Assembly (NCBI RefSeq): GCF_001949145.1
Contig: NW_019091361.1
Span: 1,990,919 to 2,054,918, forward strand
Length of the DNA: 64,000 nt
Direction of reading: 5' to 3'
Source: Acanthaster planci
Lineage: Eukaryota
The position numbers were made by a program, and so were the translations under genes. The notes under the pieces are model-generated. The model searched no databases, was not told the DNA's origin, and saw only the letters and a program-made list of their open reading frames with translations. Of the stretch, positions 26,901 through 42,300 are shown piece after piece (position 1 is the stretch's first letter; each line of letters opens with the position of its first letter).

Positions 26901-29900
26901 TGTATATGTTTTAAATGTATTTAATTTTTGGGTTCAATAGCCAGTGGAAAAAATGTAATAAAATAAAATTAAATAAAATTAGAATCCATTTCAGTTGAGT
27001 AATATGTAGTACATGTACATGTGGCCATTCAACATACCATTATGTACCAGTGCATGTACTGTCCATGTAAAAAATAAAGCAATGCATTTTTGCAACATGT
27101 GTACCAGTACAGTTGTACAATATAGGGCATGGTTTGGCTCAGGTTAAAACGCTGCCATGTTAGTAATAATAAGTATAAAGTGCCGGAATCCTTGAATCCG
27201 GATCATGGCATTGGTTATTATTACTCCTGTCATTAGTACAATTTAAGCTCTATACATCCCTAAAACCATCTACATGTAAGCTCTCCTAGGAGTATACAGC
27301 TCTGATCCATGTTACAATTTCAGGCTATATGTACATGTACTGTAACTGTACATGTAGCTGGTAATGCATGTAGGCCTACATTTGTGAACATGGGAGCAAG
27401 GACTGTACTGTAACAGTTATCTCTACCCTTTTGGGTCCTTGCTCTATGGGTGAAGAGAGACAAGAAGCTTGAGTTACTTGCCACAGACCTATCTCAACAT
27501 AAGCACCAGTACTGTGTGGTATAGGGCCTACCCTACTACTAGATTACAGCCTCTGACCACTAAAGCTTCCAGTCCCATCCTATACATTATACAGGTCTAC
27601 AGGTGTCTGCATTATTTCTCTGTGAATACATGTACATTTATTTATAGCAGAGTAGACTGCAGGTTCAGGTACATTTCAGATGCATGCATTTTGGTTGCCA
27701 TACTGCACCCTGTCATTAAGTTTTACTGCAAAAACATTCCAGTGATCAGCATCCATCATCCACTTTGCCTGAAGCAAAGTCTGACTAAAAACGACCCAGA
27801 CAAAGACCAAATTCCACTCATCCTTCAATGCAACTGGACAGACAGGGTGAAAATACATTAGTCGATCAGCAAATAAGCCTGGACATTTACTGGTGCCATT
27901 CACAGCTGGAGCTGTTTCTGCCTACAGCTACAGACAGAGCCTCATTCCAACTGGGGTTAATTTTCAACTCCATAATGGGGTAGAAATTCACGCTTCTGTG
28001 CTTTTTCCGATTTCTCAGGTGTGCCATTAACAATGCATTACAAATTACTACACCACCCAGTGCGGCAGAGCAGTATATCACTGCATCTTATACACTTGTG
28101 CATGAACTGGCCACCAACACCATTTTTTTGCAAGTTCAGGAAATTAAACAATGCCATTGTTTGCAGCACAAAACTGGCTGGACCTAAACCCATCCTTTGC
28201 CAAACCTACATGTAACATACGGTACAGTTCTAGAACATGTACGCACCTGCAACAAACAATATGTACATGTATGTGCACGTACATGCACATGTATACATCT
28301 AAACAAACTTTTTAAAATAAAAGTTTAGACAGTCATCCTACTGACAGCATTCTGAATATTTTATGTCAAGTTGATTGCTACTTTTTTTCCTCTTTCTAGA
28401 ATAAACTCGCTACATTGAATTTGATAACTACATCTGTACATGTACTTACATGTACATGTATACATGTACCAACCACACTCAGCCACAGAATATGAATTGG
28501 CAACACACATCATACAATGTACATGTATGGTACATGGCACGGACGTGTACAGTGTACGGTAGACTACATGCACAATAGTTCATGTACCCTGACAGTGCCG
28601 GCACTCTGGCAGTCCTGTGTTTACCTTCATTGAATTCATATAATTCAGAAAGTACAGACAAGAATAAGAAGGCATTACATGTACTTTAGCGATACCAAAC
28701 TCCCACACGCATACATTCACGTTAAATAGGTACATAGAGAAAAATGGGTGGACATGGCTCAATTTGCTTTCTCATATCCACATTGTTAAACGTACATGTA
28801 CCATACATGTACAAGCTTACAGTGTACACTGAACATGTAGTCGAAAAAACTCACTGAAATTACTCATTTTTCTTGAATTGCGGACGCCATTTTACGCTGG
28901 ATTTAAATCGATGGTTTCCTACTCTTTTTTGTTTTGCTGCAGATAGCCTTGACCTAAAAATGCCTCTTCATCTGTTTTTCAGAGTTGGAAAAACCTTACG
29001 AGGCCCTGGTTTCTTCCCACAACCTACATGTACATGTACATGTAAATGTACATTCTGTGGACTACATAGTTTGTTTTCAAGCTTGCATGTACATGTGCAT
29101 ATGGATGGCAATATTGGCACATTGACAAATGCCACTATACCACTAACGTGCTAAAACGCACATACCGTAACATGCACGTGCCTCGCCTGAGCATCATCGC
29201 TTTAGAAAAGTGGGAGGGGAGGACACAAGAATTCATGTAGATCAGAACTGAAGCAAAAGTGCAAAGCACAAAGCCCTACTGGCATGGGTTCAGGGCCTGC
29301 ATGCATGTAAGGGACCTGGAAAACTTTGGAATCCAGTTGCTCTGTGGAGCCATCTGAGGCAATTTCTGACCAATTCAACTTCTGCTGCGAGATTTATTTC
29401 ATTTTTAATAAGTTGTTTATTATCAAGTAAACAACGACATCAAGGGAAGAGTTTTTACACAACAAGCCTCCATAAAAAGTGAATGCACCAAGCACCAAAT
29501 GGCCGAATGGAATCAACATTTTAACCCTTTTTTTTTAATTTGGAAATCATTATTCAAAGTTTTACGAACAGTGTACACATGCAAGCAAAACAAGCAAAAC
29601 AAAAGTTACATGTACAAGGCTGAACAACGAACATAAAAAAGAGACAAATGAGCAGATGCGGAGACCATGGGTAAACATCAACTGAATATAAGAACAAAAC
29701 AAGTGACAGTTACCAGTAAATATATCGGTATTCAGGTCAGGGACTGCAAAATAACGGTACAATGTACTCTTTGTAAATAACTTTAAAAGTGAAATGGACT
29801 ACTGTTCCCGGCAGATGTACCGGTATACATGTGCATACATGTACGGTACCAGTACATGTACATGTACATGTATGTAGCCCATTATAAACAGCTGATCTGA

Positions 29901-30393
29901 AATATGCATCCAATGTATGCCTATTTCCCCACTTTTTTCATTTAGGGTCCAGAAAATGTGGGAGGACAACAATATGATACTCACCACTTTAAAGAGTGTT
30001 GTTGTGAGGACAAACTTCTTATTTCATGGCTCACCTACATGTACATGTACGGTGCAGTCCGCAAATGTTTGGGGGAAAGAGAGACCCCCCACCACTCAGT
30101 CCGAATTTGCCTAACAAAACAAACTTTCCCCTAATGCAGTTCTAAGGCCTGGTCAAACATACCAGTCCCAGTGAAGTACAGACCTTGTATGGCATTTGAG
30201 GATAAACCTTTGGGAACAGTTCTATAAAGTGAAGACAGTTAGTTTCAAGTACTTGTAACAACCTGTCGTGAAATCCAGGGCCATTATTTCAATTCAAACT
30301 TTTACTCACATACACATGCACTGGTATTTTGAAGCAAAAATGAACAAATGATGCATTTTAGAGGCAATTTTACACTCTGCACATATTGGTATA

Positions 30394-30640
30394 CGGGTAA
30401 TTCCAGAAATTAGGGGTCCAGTTTTGTGTGTGTCTCTGTCACATCTGACATATGATTTTGTAAATTCAGACCACATTTTCTTATTTCCAAGAGTGAAGAA
30501 TTAATGCAAATTACCTGTAAAACAAATAACAATAGTTTGAAATCAATTTAGGTGATATTTCCATGTCAAATAACAAAGGTCAGATTAACAGGGACACAAA
30601 AATGTCACACTTTTGGACCCCTAATTTCTGGCATTACCCA
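30394..30640. mobile_element. Same MITE family, copy 3
   Basis: TA|CGGGTAATTCCAGAAATTAGGGGTCCA ... TGGACCCCTAATTTCTGGCATTACCCA|TA. Confidence 0.85.
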
Positions 30641-33210
30641 TATGGCCTAACAGAGACACTGACTGCATGAAGGAGTCCCATAGTATGTACAATGCACAGT
30701 CTCATCAAAAGCCGACACCTGTTGCGCAATGGCCATGAACAACTCAGTTTCCTTGTCACTCTCCACTGCTTACAGCCCAAGTTGGGCTGCTTCATGGAAG
30801 CTCCCGCATATCTGTTCAGAGACATGCAGGCAGGGTCTGCATAATCCACAAAGCTCTGTCACAAACAATGAGTTTTGTCTTTCACGATAAGCACAGCGTA
30901 CATTGTACAAAGGGGTATTTTAAGCACTTTTATGTTCAGAACTTTCCAGACAGGAACTTTTTGCTTAAAATACAGATCCACCTACATGTACATGTAAATG
31001 TGTAGAAACTGAAAAAGAGGCACCTGTACATGGTACATATACAAAATACATGTAGAGTACCATGTACACATGTACATGTACGTATGTGACTACAGCATAC
31101 AGTACATGTACATGCAGTGGCAGTATTAACATGATACTACATATGTACACGTACAGTGTACGTGTACCGGTACTAGTACATGTACATCATGAGCAGTTTC
31201 AAAAAGAAGTGCAAAAACAGTCCTAAGCATAATGGCAAGCTCTTCTGGTAATATTTGGTCAATCTTTGGACAAATTGAAAGTAAACACAGTTGTACAGCT
31301 GGCCACCTGTTTTTAAGCCACAAAGTGTTAATGTTTGCTCAAGGGTTGTCTGGTCAACTTTCCTCCCCAAAAGCACGCTCGTAGATCCTGCATAGTTATC
31401 TGTATTGCATGAAATACGACTAAGTATGATACTTTCAGCTACTCCTACAATGCAATTCAAAAGATGCAGTGAACCAAAAATGACAAAATCAAGACCATTC
31501 TTTCTGCTCAAGGATTGTCTAGTCAACCAAGAATGGAACAAAGGACATCCCCTGCAACAGTCTAGTGCACTGATACTGATACAAATGGGATATTTCCAGT
31601 GACCACTCATACAGGGTGACCCAGTGTGAGAAAAAAACTGGTTCTCGAAATGTCATCCGCTGATTGACATTTGACGAGGGTGCTTTTTCATTTGCATTGT
31701 ACAGGTATATAAATTATAAACAGTGATAAAAGCAGGGGCACCTGTGTGTGACACCTGGGCATACACTTTAACGCACATAAATACACAGGGTTGTGTACGA
31801 AGGTACCAAACCAAAGAATACTTATGAGAGTCTGAACTTACACATTCTAGCTACATGTACATGTACATGTAATGTTCAATCTGAAATAACTGGACATTTC
31901 TGAGTTATATTGTATATATACATACATTTTGTACACGTGTACAAGTGTTTGACATAAACAAATATTGGAATACAAGGAAGGGGGTAATATTTGTAAGAGG
32001 CACTGGTAACGGTATGCCACTGACTTATACCGTAACCGTACAGTGCAGGATGCAAATCTGCATTTTCCTTCAACCTACATGTATATGTAGTACCATTGAA
32101 CAGAATTTTAGAAATTAGCTCAGGGGTCATTCTATAATTTTGTTTTTAAGATGACCATTTTCTTATGGTAAAACATTTCAACAAATTTCCAGAGGGTACT
32201 AGTTTTGGTCCTTGGCAAAGTTTGTCTACTGTACAGTTTAAACAAATCAAAATTCTGCACCTTTTTAAAAGGATAACGCACATGTACATGTACATGTATG
32301 CTGATCTCACACTCTTTCTCCAGTACTAGTGGTACATGTACCTTTTGTAAGTAAAGTACATGAACCCTTTTTCGGAAAATTGTAAACACGATCATCATGT
32401 TATCAGTAACACAGCAAACAACTCAATGTAGCTCAATGTATGCACTTGATTCAGAATCCCCTTCAGTGATTTGACATACTGGGATCTTAGCTGGGTTGGG
32501 TTGGGCTACATACACCGATACTATCCTTCCATCAGAATTTTGGTTTTGATGTTCATTACATACACTGTACTTTGCGCACCTGCTGGTAATCCTAGAGTGC
32601 AGTGACTTTGGTAAAGTGTCAAATGAGTTTCCTCAGTTTGGAGAACTGAAAAACTTACGAACTGAAGCAGGCCACCGTTTCCAACAGCTTGTATCTTTTT
32701 TTCACATCTCACAGTACCAGTACATGTACATGTCTATAACCTACATGTACATGTACCGGTACACTATCCCTACATGTATTCGCACATGTACATGTACCTT
32801 CAAATACAGCAGCACATGTACATGTATGCACTAGCACAGACAGAGACACAACTCAGGACAACGAGTAAAATTATGCCAAAAAGCGGTGACACAAAACGTA
32901 CTCCCGTGATCAATGTCGTTCTGCCTTTATCAGCTTTTAGTCAGACAACGTGCGCACGTGCACCAGGATTGCGTGAGAACACACTCACAGAGTTTAAATG
33001 TCATACGCACAAAAACCTGAGCAAAAGCACCAAAAGGATTTTGCTTTAGGGACTTTTATCTTTCCCTTTGATATCTGCCTAACTACATGTACTTTCGGTC
33101 GGACAAAGGGCAACAAATACATGTACATGTAAATGAAAAATCTTCCAAAGTCTGGTGGTTACTTCATTCTCCGCAGGGCACAGAGCCTCTATTAAAGGGC
33201 GCAAACTTAC

Positions 33211-33432
33211 AATTCCAAAATCAGCACCATTTCCGTGGACGTCTCAAACACCTCGTGCAGGCTGATGATCTGACTGTGGGACAGCTCGCTGAGGATCTCA
33301 ATCTCTCTGACAATGTCCTCTCGCTTGGAGCCCCGCCGGCTAGAGGCATAGCGCCGCTTCTTGACGAACTTGCCAGCAAAGTCCTGACCAGTGCTGCGTT
33401 CTGTCACCCTTTTGACCTCAGAATAATGACCA
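33211..33432 (-). CDS. DAPK1: DAPK coding exon 2 (Gly loop, catalytic Lys, basic loop, alpha-C)
   Basis: Acceptor TTTTTTCCAG|T, donor TT|GTAAGT; GHYSEVKRV...AGKFVKKRRYASSRRG...EMVLILE. Confidence 0.95.
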
Positions 33433-35639
33433 CTGGAAAAAAGAGAGTGTAACAAGCAAAATTTATATACATGTAGTATTAAACATGGATTTGTTCATTC
33501 CTCTTTTTCAATTACATGTATACCAGATGTACATTAGGAAGAGGTTAATGGCTGACAATACATGTACCTCTTTTTATCAAAACTGGTAAAATGGCCACTG
33601 GCCATTATTATTTCCTTCTTTGCTTACAATGTACATGCACTCATTATGGGGGGATAGAGTACAGTATGTTTTGCACCCCCATGAAAATGATGAAACAAGA
33701 TATGCATAATCCCTTACGATATGATTGCAATCACTGATCCTCTAAAATAGCAGCATTTATGGAAATGGTCACAGAACACTGCGTAAACCAATTGTCAAAA
33801 ACTGACAAGCATCTATGAGACATTATGATAGTCCTGTATATGTACTGTACATGCTAAACCACAGCTTTCATTTTGTACATTTACCAATTGAATAGTGTAC
33901 ATGTAACAGAATCTTCATAAAGAATGCAAATTATTATTCTAGAAACATCTAGAAAACAATTCATGATTATTAACTGTAAAAAATAAACTCTACTCGTACA
34001 TATTTTTTTCCTGGAGAACATTCTGTAGGTAAACAAGACATTAGTGAACGTTAAATAATCAAACACAAAAGATACCGGTACCATACCAGTACACCGTTTG
34101 TTAAATGATAAAACCCAAAGAGTTACATGTAATTAACACCAATGATTTGGCCATGGTAGCAGACGGCACAGTCACCACTGTGTTTCAATTAACTGTGCTC
34201 TACAGATGGCTAAGTCTACACCATCCCTGTGTCTGTCAATCAGCAAGATTTGCCTTGCCAATTAAAATCTGACTGTTTTCGGTAATGTCCTCGTTTGGGA
34301 CAGCCACCTGCGAACATCATCAGATCGGATGACAGCTCATCAGGAGCAGCACAGCATCTGCAGCGGGATGCCGACTGGCCCGACTTGGGAGATGTTTTAA
34401 CATCTCACCAATGGGACAATATCCTTGAAGAGAAACTAATTAACTCTGTTGGTTTTTGTTGCTAAGTTCTTCTCGGTCTCAGGGGCATTTCTGAAAAGTG
34501 ACAATGCAGACATCTTCAGTAAAGGCTGCCTGCAAAGCATGGTACAAGAAAATTCAATTTTCACGGTTCGCTTTGATCTAAGTGGAACAATTTGTTTCCT
34601 GGGTAACATCACTACAGCAGTGTGCCTGTGTGCCGCGTTCAGTGAAGAAAATACTCAGAAACTCATCTTGAAAAAAATACAAACTTCTTTCAAAGGATAC
34701 CAGTGACACCTTACTGCCTTTTTGAGTTTGATGCTACTGAGCATGAGAAAAGTTGTGATGTTGTCAAAGGGAGACACCTGTTGCACTGGTTTATACTGGT
34801 ATTTTGTGCACAAGAAAGCCCTGCATTGTTTTAGATTTTGCTGGACTTACTTTTCTCTTCTTTACTAATTCACTGATTTTTACATGTATGCATAGCAATA
34901 AGCAAGCATCAATCCCTTTCTCAGAAACATTTTCAGTGAGTAAATTCTGACACCTCGAACAGAAAAAACTTTGCACTGGACTACGCCTTCCCTAAATAAC
35001 TTCACAACAACAATGCCCTCAGTTGTCCAGGAAAGCCAAACATAATTCAGGTGCACTTTTCAATGTATTTAACCAAACAGGAATGTAATAGTAAAAGAAA
35101 AAAATACAAAGTTGAAGACAACTTGTGTCTCAGAAAACGTCTTTGCAACTACACTTGAACTCTTTGGATGGGCCGCAATCATTTTACTGAGACAGAAAGG
35201 AGACTTCAACTTGGGGAATTCACACAGGGATAAATCAAAGAGATGGGTAGCAACTGTCACAAAATTCTACACGGAAGTCCTAGATCATCAGCACAAACAT
35301 GTACCGTACATCTATCTATTTAGTTCATGTAGTGAAATGATTTATTCGTGTGAGTGAACTTCGCTGACCGACACTGTATCATTTGCATGTGTTCGGCATG
35401 GCCATTACAACATAGCATGTATGCTGGGCCACCACTAGTCACTTGTGGTGCCACGAATATCATGCCTACATGTACAATGTACATGTATGTCAGAAACGTC
35501 ACTTCAAGTGTTTACCAAGTCTAATGGGGGTGACAGTGCATGTACATGTGCTTGATAAGAGACTGAGTGACTACACACCTCATGGCCATGAACATGCGCA
35601 TTCATTAGAGTGTTTTGTTTGTAGGAACGTGAAGGGATT

Positions 35640-36074
35640 TAGGGCTGTGCCGAATATCCGATTATTTGACTGATTATAAAAATATTCAAATACTATTTTC
35701 CGAATTCAAATATTCAAATGCAAAATTAATACAAAAGGAAGAATTGGAGGCTTATTTTCAGCAGATTGAAATAAGAAGTAACAGAATAATGTATCCTATG
35801 ATTCAAAAAGTAAATTCATTAAAAATTTAAAAGGAATAAAAACTTTCAACAGGGCAAGAAGTATTGTTCGTCTCTTTAATCTTGCATAATCGTGGCTGGA
35901 GATAGTCCTAGAAGTGAGAAGCTGTTATAGTGACTATAATGTACATGTACAATTGAGCACATTTTTGCAGCTGATTATGCTAATGGTTTGTTGGTGCGAC
36001 CGAACATACGGATATTTGATCGAATTGTAGGTCAAATATTCGAATAGTGAATTATTCGAATTGACTCAGCCCTA
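35640..36074. mobile_element. hAT-type MITE
   Basis: TIR TAGGGCTG/CAGCCCTA, perfect 8-bp TSD AAGGGATT, subterminal TATTCGAA-like repeats. Confidence 0.9.
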
Positions 36075-38878
36075 AAGGGATTACACATAGAGTACCTATA
36101 CTGGTGTCTGAATTAAGGTGATTAACTGCTGTCTTAACACACATTCAGAAATTGCATAGAAATTGTAATTAAAACTGAACTAAATTTTTTTTACACATGT
36201 ACATGAAGGTTTTGATATTGGCAATTGTGAAACTGGTTTTGCCTGTCCTTGGACACTTCTGTCTTCACTAACATTTCTTCTTTCTCTCTGTGTTTATTTA
36301 AATGTGTAACTTTCCTCTGTCCTGTAGTCCAAAGGTTGCGGTGAACCCATTTTTTAAAGCATGATCTGCACTACCACACTTGGTCAACAAGCGATGTGAA
36401 ACTCCTGGCGTCAGCACTCAGCAGCGTCTTGTTTACAACTTTTACATGGTAACACTTTTGATACTTGGTAATTGATCACTGTCAGAGAAAAACTCCATGA
36501 ACGGTACCAGTATGTGCGATTTATCCACGTCCTTCAATTTCCCTTTCAAATGTGGGTCCCGGTGGGTATGTTAAACTACATGGTAGTGGTGGCACTGAGG
36601 AGTCTACTGACATTTTTGGTGGCTGCCAAATCTGGACCTTCCATCACATCATGTAATCTTGACAGAAAATCTTTTACATGAGATTGTTTACATAAGCTTA
36701 TCATGTCTGGAGTGTTTACTTTTAAACAATGAGGTCAGTGGGGAAGGACAAAAAAACTAAGGGTCCGGGAATATTCTGTAAGGATCAGAATTGACATTCT
36801 GGTATAATCATTCCAAATGGAGATCAAAAAATGTATTGAGACGTTGAGAATTTATAATTTCACCCTTGAAAAGTTTTGGAAATTTATATGGTAGAGGATA
36901 TTGCATAATGACAACCATGTACATGTACTGGCATTGCAAAAAATGAAATTTGCAAACAACAATGTACACAACACAGCAACTACATGTACCAAACTTCCCC
37001 CGGGTGGTGCTCCACCAAATACACTGCGTACAATTGTACATGTACATGAGCATCTAATAGAAAGATATGCTGAAGAATGACAAATCAGGCCTATATGTAC
37101 TGCCTTGACAGAACTTCTGGTTTCAAATTTATAATAAATGTGGAAAGAGGTACGGCTCTAACAGAGACATGTATACATATATGTACATGTATGTAATAAT
37201 GGAAAGAGATGAACAGGTCAAGCAACTTAGTTCTTTGGGGGTGGGGCAGGAGCTGTGACAGGACATTTGCGAGTGAGCTACATGTACATGTACAGTACAT
37301 GTACGGTAGCCTACATTTCTGTTTGTTCCTTCCTTCAATGTGGCCAATTTACACTTCAGGTACAAGCAAAAGGAATGTCACATAACAAAACATATGCAGT
37401 GAAACTCCACTGAGTTGAAACGTGTTCAACTTCTGCCAATTCACAGTGAGAATATTGGATCTTTTTATACGTTAACAGTTTTATGTTCATGTTTACTTTT
37501 GCACCAAAATATGACTTGGCCTCAATGCAATTTTCACTGTAGTATTTGTCTTCTCGTATTATTTTTTTAAATAAATGAGGAGACACAGAGTGGATGGTAC
37601 ATTAGCAGGTGCATAAAATGGGCAAGTCCTCAACAAAAGAGCATAATCACCTTCCATTTCAATCCAACATTTCCATGCAAGTTAGCATGCTACCCTAAAG
37701 AGCAAGAGCTAAGGCTATGTAAGAAAAGGAAGGAAACATCTTGGCCCATGTTTTTGAAGAAAGAAGGGAATTGCCCTTTCACTTTCCCAATATGGCCATT
37801 AGATCCCTTACAACTGGTACACGGAGACTGTTCCTTTGACCTGGCATGCAACCATTGAAAACAAGAAAGAAATCCAATTCCTCAAAAGATTCTTTCAGTC
37901 CACAGTGCATGTACACCGTACACTGGAACTTCTACTGCAACACACATCGATCTTCTGAGTATTTTGTGATCAATTTCAAGAAAAATTTAAGCACAGACTT
38001 GTCAGAAATACCGGTACCTTCTCAGGGAGGTGGGGGGGGGTTATGTACCGATAAGTTCACCTTACATGTAACCTGTTCTCCCTAACATAAATGTGAGGAG
38101 CCCCTTTTCCTAGCTAAAGTGCCCCCTAGATTGATTTATAATAATACAATTCACAGGAATCCCTTTTACTGGAATGAGTTCCACGGGGTGTGCACGTACA
38201 TGTATGTACATACATATACTGTACATGTATCTGGTACCATACCCTTTTGTAAAGAAAAAACAGGACACTAGTTTAAAAAATTCAAAGTAAACACTTCAAT
38301 ATTTTCCAGGTTAACTTGAACATTTGGAGGGATGATATCAATTTCTAATGGCATATGTCACTGCAAGGAGAGAATTGGTGATGTTCATCCCGTTTATGCA
38401 GCCAGTAAGGAATTCTTTCCACCAAGTACAAATCGGTAAGGAAATTTGGGCCTTTTCATACTTGAGTTTGGGCTTTACTTTAAAAAACAAAGAAAAGGAG
38501 GCTTGAACTCCAAAGTATAAGTAAAGTAGAAAGAGTTCCATAAGATGCCACGTGACACCCTGTGCACAAATTCTTTGAGACTGGTCAGAAAAATTCTAAG
38601 TAGGCCTAGTGCTCACTGCTACTAGTTGACATTTCATTGGTTTTGGACATTTTATTGCTTTCGGATATCACTCCTAGTCCTAGGAAAACTTAGTGGCGTT
38701 CATATATGGAATTCTTTCCTGTGAGACCTTTAAGGTTCAAGAGTAAAAACTGTAGGCCTACTGTTAAAATAAAGAGAAACGTTGGCAGCAAATGACAGGA
38801 ACCAATTTTACCGATGATTTAGGCCTATGAATGTGATCCTAACCGTTCTGACTGTGTCCTTGCTCGTTGTACACGTAC

Positions 38879-38940
38879 CTGCCAATGTCCTCTCCGATTT
38901 CGTAGAAATCCTCTACGGGATCGGTATTGAAAGTCAACAT
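38879..38940 (-). CDS. DAPK1: DAPK coding exon 1 (MLTFNTDPVEDFYEIGEDIG-S)
   Basis: ATG at 38940, donor AG|GTACGT; resembles the DAPK1 N-terminus [21 protein letters not shown]; phase 2 matches the next exon. Not in the ORF track. Confidence 0.9.
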
Positions 38941-39310
38941 TCTAGCTCCGGGAAAAAGGCACTACAGACGACAAAACCTGCACATCCTTAGGCAACTGAT
39001 CTGGTTATCAAAACACACTCAGGAAACTGGTTTTAACACATTATGGACGGGATCTTTGGGAGGAATCGGCCAGAAAGCATCGTATGGGTGTTCCCTGACA
39101 CACGCACATGTCACAACTAGCTGCCTGGTTTATTCTGCAACCGTCATGTAACTAGAGGGCGCTGTCCCAAAATTAACCACTATCAGGCAGGTGGGTTGCG
39201 CTCACAGCGGACATACAGTACATGTACATTGCCTTTAATTTTGCGCTCGTTGTGGTTGCGTTAGTACCCGAACAACGCAAAATTGGAGAAAAAAAACGCC
39301 GACGGATGAT
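38941..39310 (-). promoter_or_regulatory. Probable DAPK 5'UTR/promoter region
   Basis: CpG-retaining sequence immediately upstream of the ATG; TSS not determinable from sequence. Confidence 0.4.
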
Positions 39311-42300
39311 GCTCAGAAAGAGGTTGGTTCTGTGTGTTTCACTGGGAAATTTAAGATTATGATTTCCGGACCAATTTTCTTCTCGATTTCACAAGTTCCC
39401 CATATTTTTTTTAATGCTAACCAGCTCACAACTACTGTAAAATTTATAAAGTTTTTGTAAACGACGCACCCCAGATTGGAAGCTGCAAATTCCAACTATT
39501 TGATTTTGGACAAAGTTCTATAATTGGACCTGATTTTGGCACCTCTGTTATAAATACCTTGTGTGATCACAATGTGAGCTCAAAATAGTATCTACTTCAA
39601 AAAAATCTCTTTTTCGCTTTTATAGTCTGATCTGCTCTGAACAACTATTTTGCCGTTGCTTTTCGTGCTGAATTATACTTAGTGATCAAAGACTTCTTGG
39701 TTCGGCTGTAATTCGTTGTTTTACTTTATTTGAAATTGGACACAGACATCCCCTCCCCTTCCCTCTGGAGCTTCACTACAAACGCCTGCCCAGCTGAAAT
39801 TCACCCCTCAGTTGGCACTCGATACCCACCCATCCTGTGACCTATACGACAGGCAGGTAAGGTCTCCCATCGTACCTCAGCGCACTCGTATTCAGTTCAG
39901 AGGGTTGGTTTCAGATACACTGGACATCCCGTAAATCGCAACAATCGTTAAGGCTGCGTCCGCATCTACAAGGGCTAGGTCTGATCGACCGTTAAAAACA
40001 CGTAGGCACACGCTGACGATAGACGCAGCCGTAGTTCTGGAAGCCCGGTTTGGACACGGCCAGTTGAACCCCGCCTAAAAACGAATCCAGGGACGCTTCA
40101 CTCGATAGCGCGCCCACTGCCGATGTTGCAGTTTGTTTGTGAGGGCGCGGCTGTCAAGAATTATGCTCAGCACAATGGCTATGATAGTGTTTACCGCCAT
40201 TGGCAGGGGCCACTTGCAAATGACAAGTGACAGTGTTTCTATGGTCACCAGATTCGTCTATAGGGTCACAGGCCAGTAAATAGGCCCTATGTGGACCGAA
40301 TCACAATTATTTGCATACCCTCAAATTCTCTGAGCATTTTGTGGTCCGTGAATAAAGAGGATTTGTACCAAAAAAGGAGGAAGCCACACTGGGAATACCG
40401 TGGTGTTAAATTGATGGCCAAGGCACTCGGTGTTAAATTAACAACGCAGTTTTTGCACTGCACCAAGACTGCTAGCTTGGATTTGGTAGATCTTAAGACA
40501 AGCAGAACATTCCAGATATCTCTATTTTGTGATGGGTGTAAAAGAGGGATAGGCACCAGAACCTCATATCCTACGATGGAAAAACATGTATCTTCAAAAA
40601 TCACTGGTTGAGGCAGCATATTTATCACTGTTGTCTAGGGTAGCCTACAAACTGGTCGGTGAAACAAGCCTGCTTCTTGCTGGCCTTGATAAGCTCTCGT
40701 CAAAAGACAGCTGGGCATGATGTTGGCTCCGACTAGACCAAGAGAGGCTGCAAATTTCCTAGCAATGGAGGCTCCTTTGGCAGCAGTGCCCATCACTGGT
40801 TCACGAACGACAATGGAACGCAACCGTTGCATCGCTGTCAACAAAATGAACCCTCCCGACCAACATAGATCTTTTCGACCGATGAAGACATGCTTCTGCT
40901 CAGGGCAGAAAAAAAGATTTATAAATAGAGTTGCGACATGTCTGTCTCAATTATTGGAACCAAAACGGTTGGGTTATGCGTCAGTGCAAATGAAAATTAG
41001 CACACAATAACTGCATGCTGTGCTGTACACATAATGAACAGCTATTTAGTTCCAAAACCTGTGTGAAGTTGGCACTACTCTTTTCATGTCTGTCAAATGC
41101 AGCGTTTTGCGGCGATATAAATGGCGCCCCCTATAAGGTAATAATGGGGAAAGGCATTTCTGACAAGTGGCCCGGCCTCCGCCGTTGCTGAAATTGAATT
41201 AAGCATTTTTTTAGTATATATTGTTATACATAGATATGGCGTTACCACTTTCGTGTGATGATCTTCAACAGGGGTTTTTCTTCAGGCGTAAGGATGGTCA
41301 AAGCATCAGTCGATACAAACCCCCGTCAATTCAAAGGTCCTGTTCACATCCAAGAAAAGGATGTTGTAGCAGTGCTTCTTGCTGTTACGCATTACTTGGT
41401 GAAATAAGGGCATAATATTGAAGCATTATCCGCAATGACAAGATGACATGAATCGCACACTCAAGGCAAAGACAGCTATGAAGATAATTGTACAAAGAAA
41501 TCCAACTTCCATTTTGGGGTGGTCCCACGTTTCAATATTCTCTGCGTGTTTGAACCCCGAGGGAAATTTCCAATTGCAGTCACCCCACAAAATGAAAATC
41601 ACTAAAAAAATTCTACACACAACACAACATTTCTAAACAAAGTATATTCTTCTGATTGCTCTCCAGTAAGATCAAGAAACTAAAACTTTAAGTTATTCAG
41701 TATGTGAAACCGGATTTTATGAATATGTAACGACAGGCCATCTATTAAGGAGGTCCGCTTAAATTATGGACGCCAAGGCAGAGGAAGACGGGCAGGAAAA
41801 GTCCAAATGTAACTGTCTCAATTAGACCTATACAAAGTTTTATTTACATGTCAACATTGGGGGTTCAAATATGTAGGTTTGATCGCAGTTAATTACAATT
41901 CAAATCCTTTTTCCTAAAATTCCAATAATTCCCCCAAATCCCTATAATTACCCCAAATGCCAGGCCGGTGTGCGACCGTGGACTTGGCCTTCCAGACAGC
42001 ACTCTCTGGTGCCCACACTGGAAAGGATTATAATTATTACTCGCACGCCCACCACACTTCCTTCGCGGGAATTTGTTATACATTTCTAACGGGCTGGGCG
42101 GCGTGCCAAACAAACTATGGTGCCCCCTAAAACACGCTTCCCTACAAATATATTACATGTATCCTTATATTCGTTACGAGATAGTTGACATGTTTTTTGT
42201 ATATTTTCACAATGTTTTATCAATTAGAATTATCCTATTAGTTTTTATGTTCCATATCCGCTGACCATGTCCCGGTCAACGGAGCTTTCCTATGAAATAT

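Noticed and set aside
20150..33050. Many track ORFs rich in YMYM / VHVH / TCTC
   Set aside because: These are translations of stop-free (TACATG)n repeats, not proteins
40287..41010. Overlapping 70-113 aa ORFs upstream of DAPK
   Set aside because: No recognisable domain or consistent splice pair; could be UTR or lncRNA but unsupported
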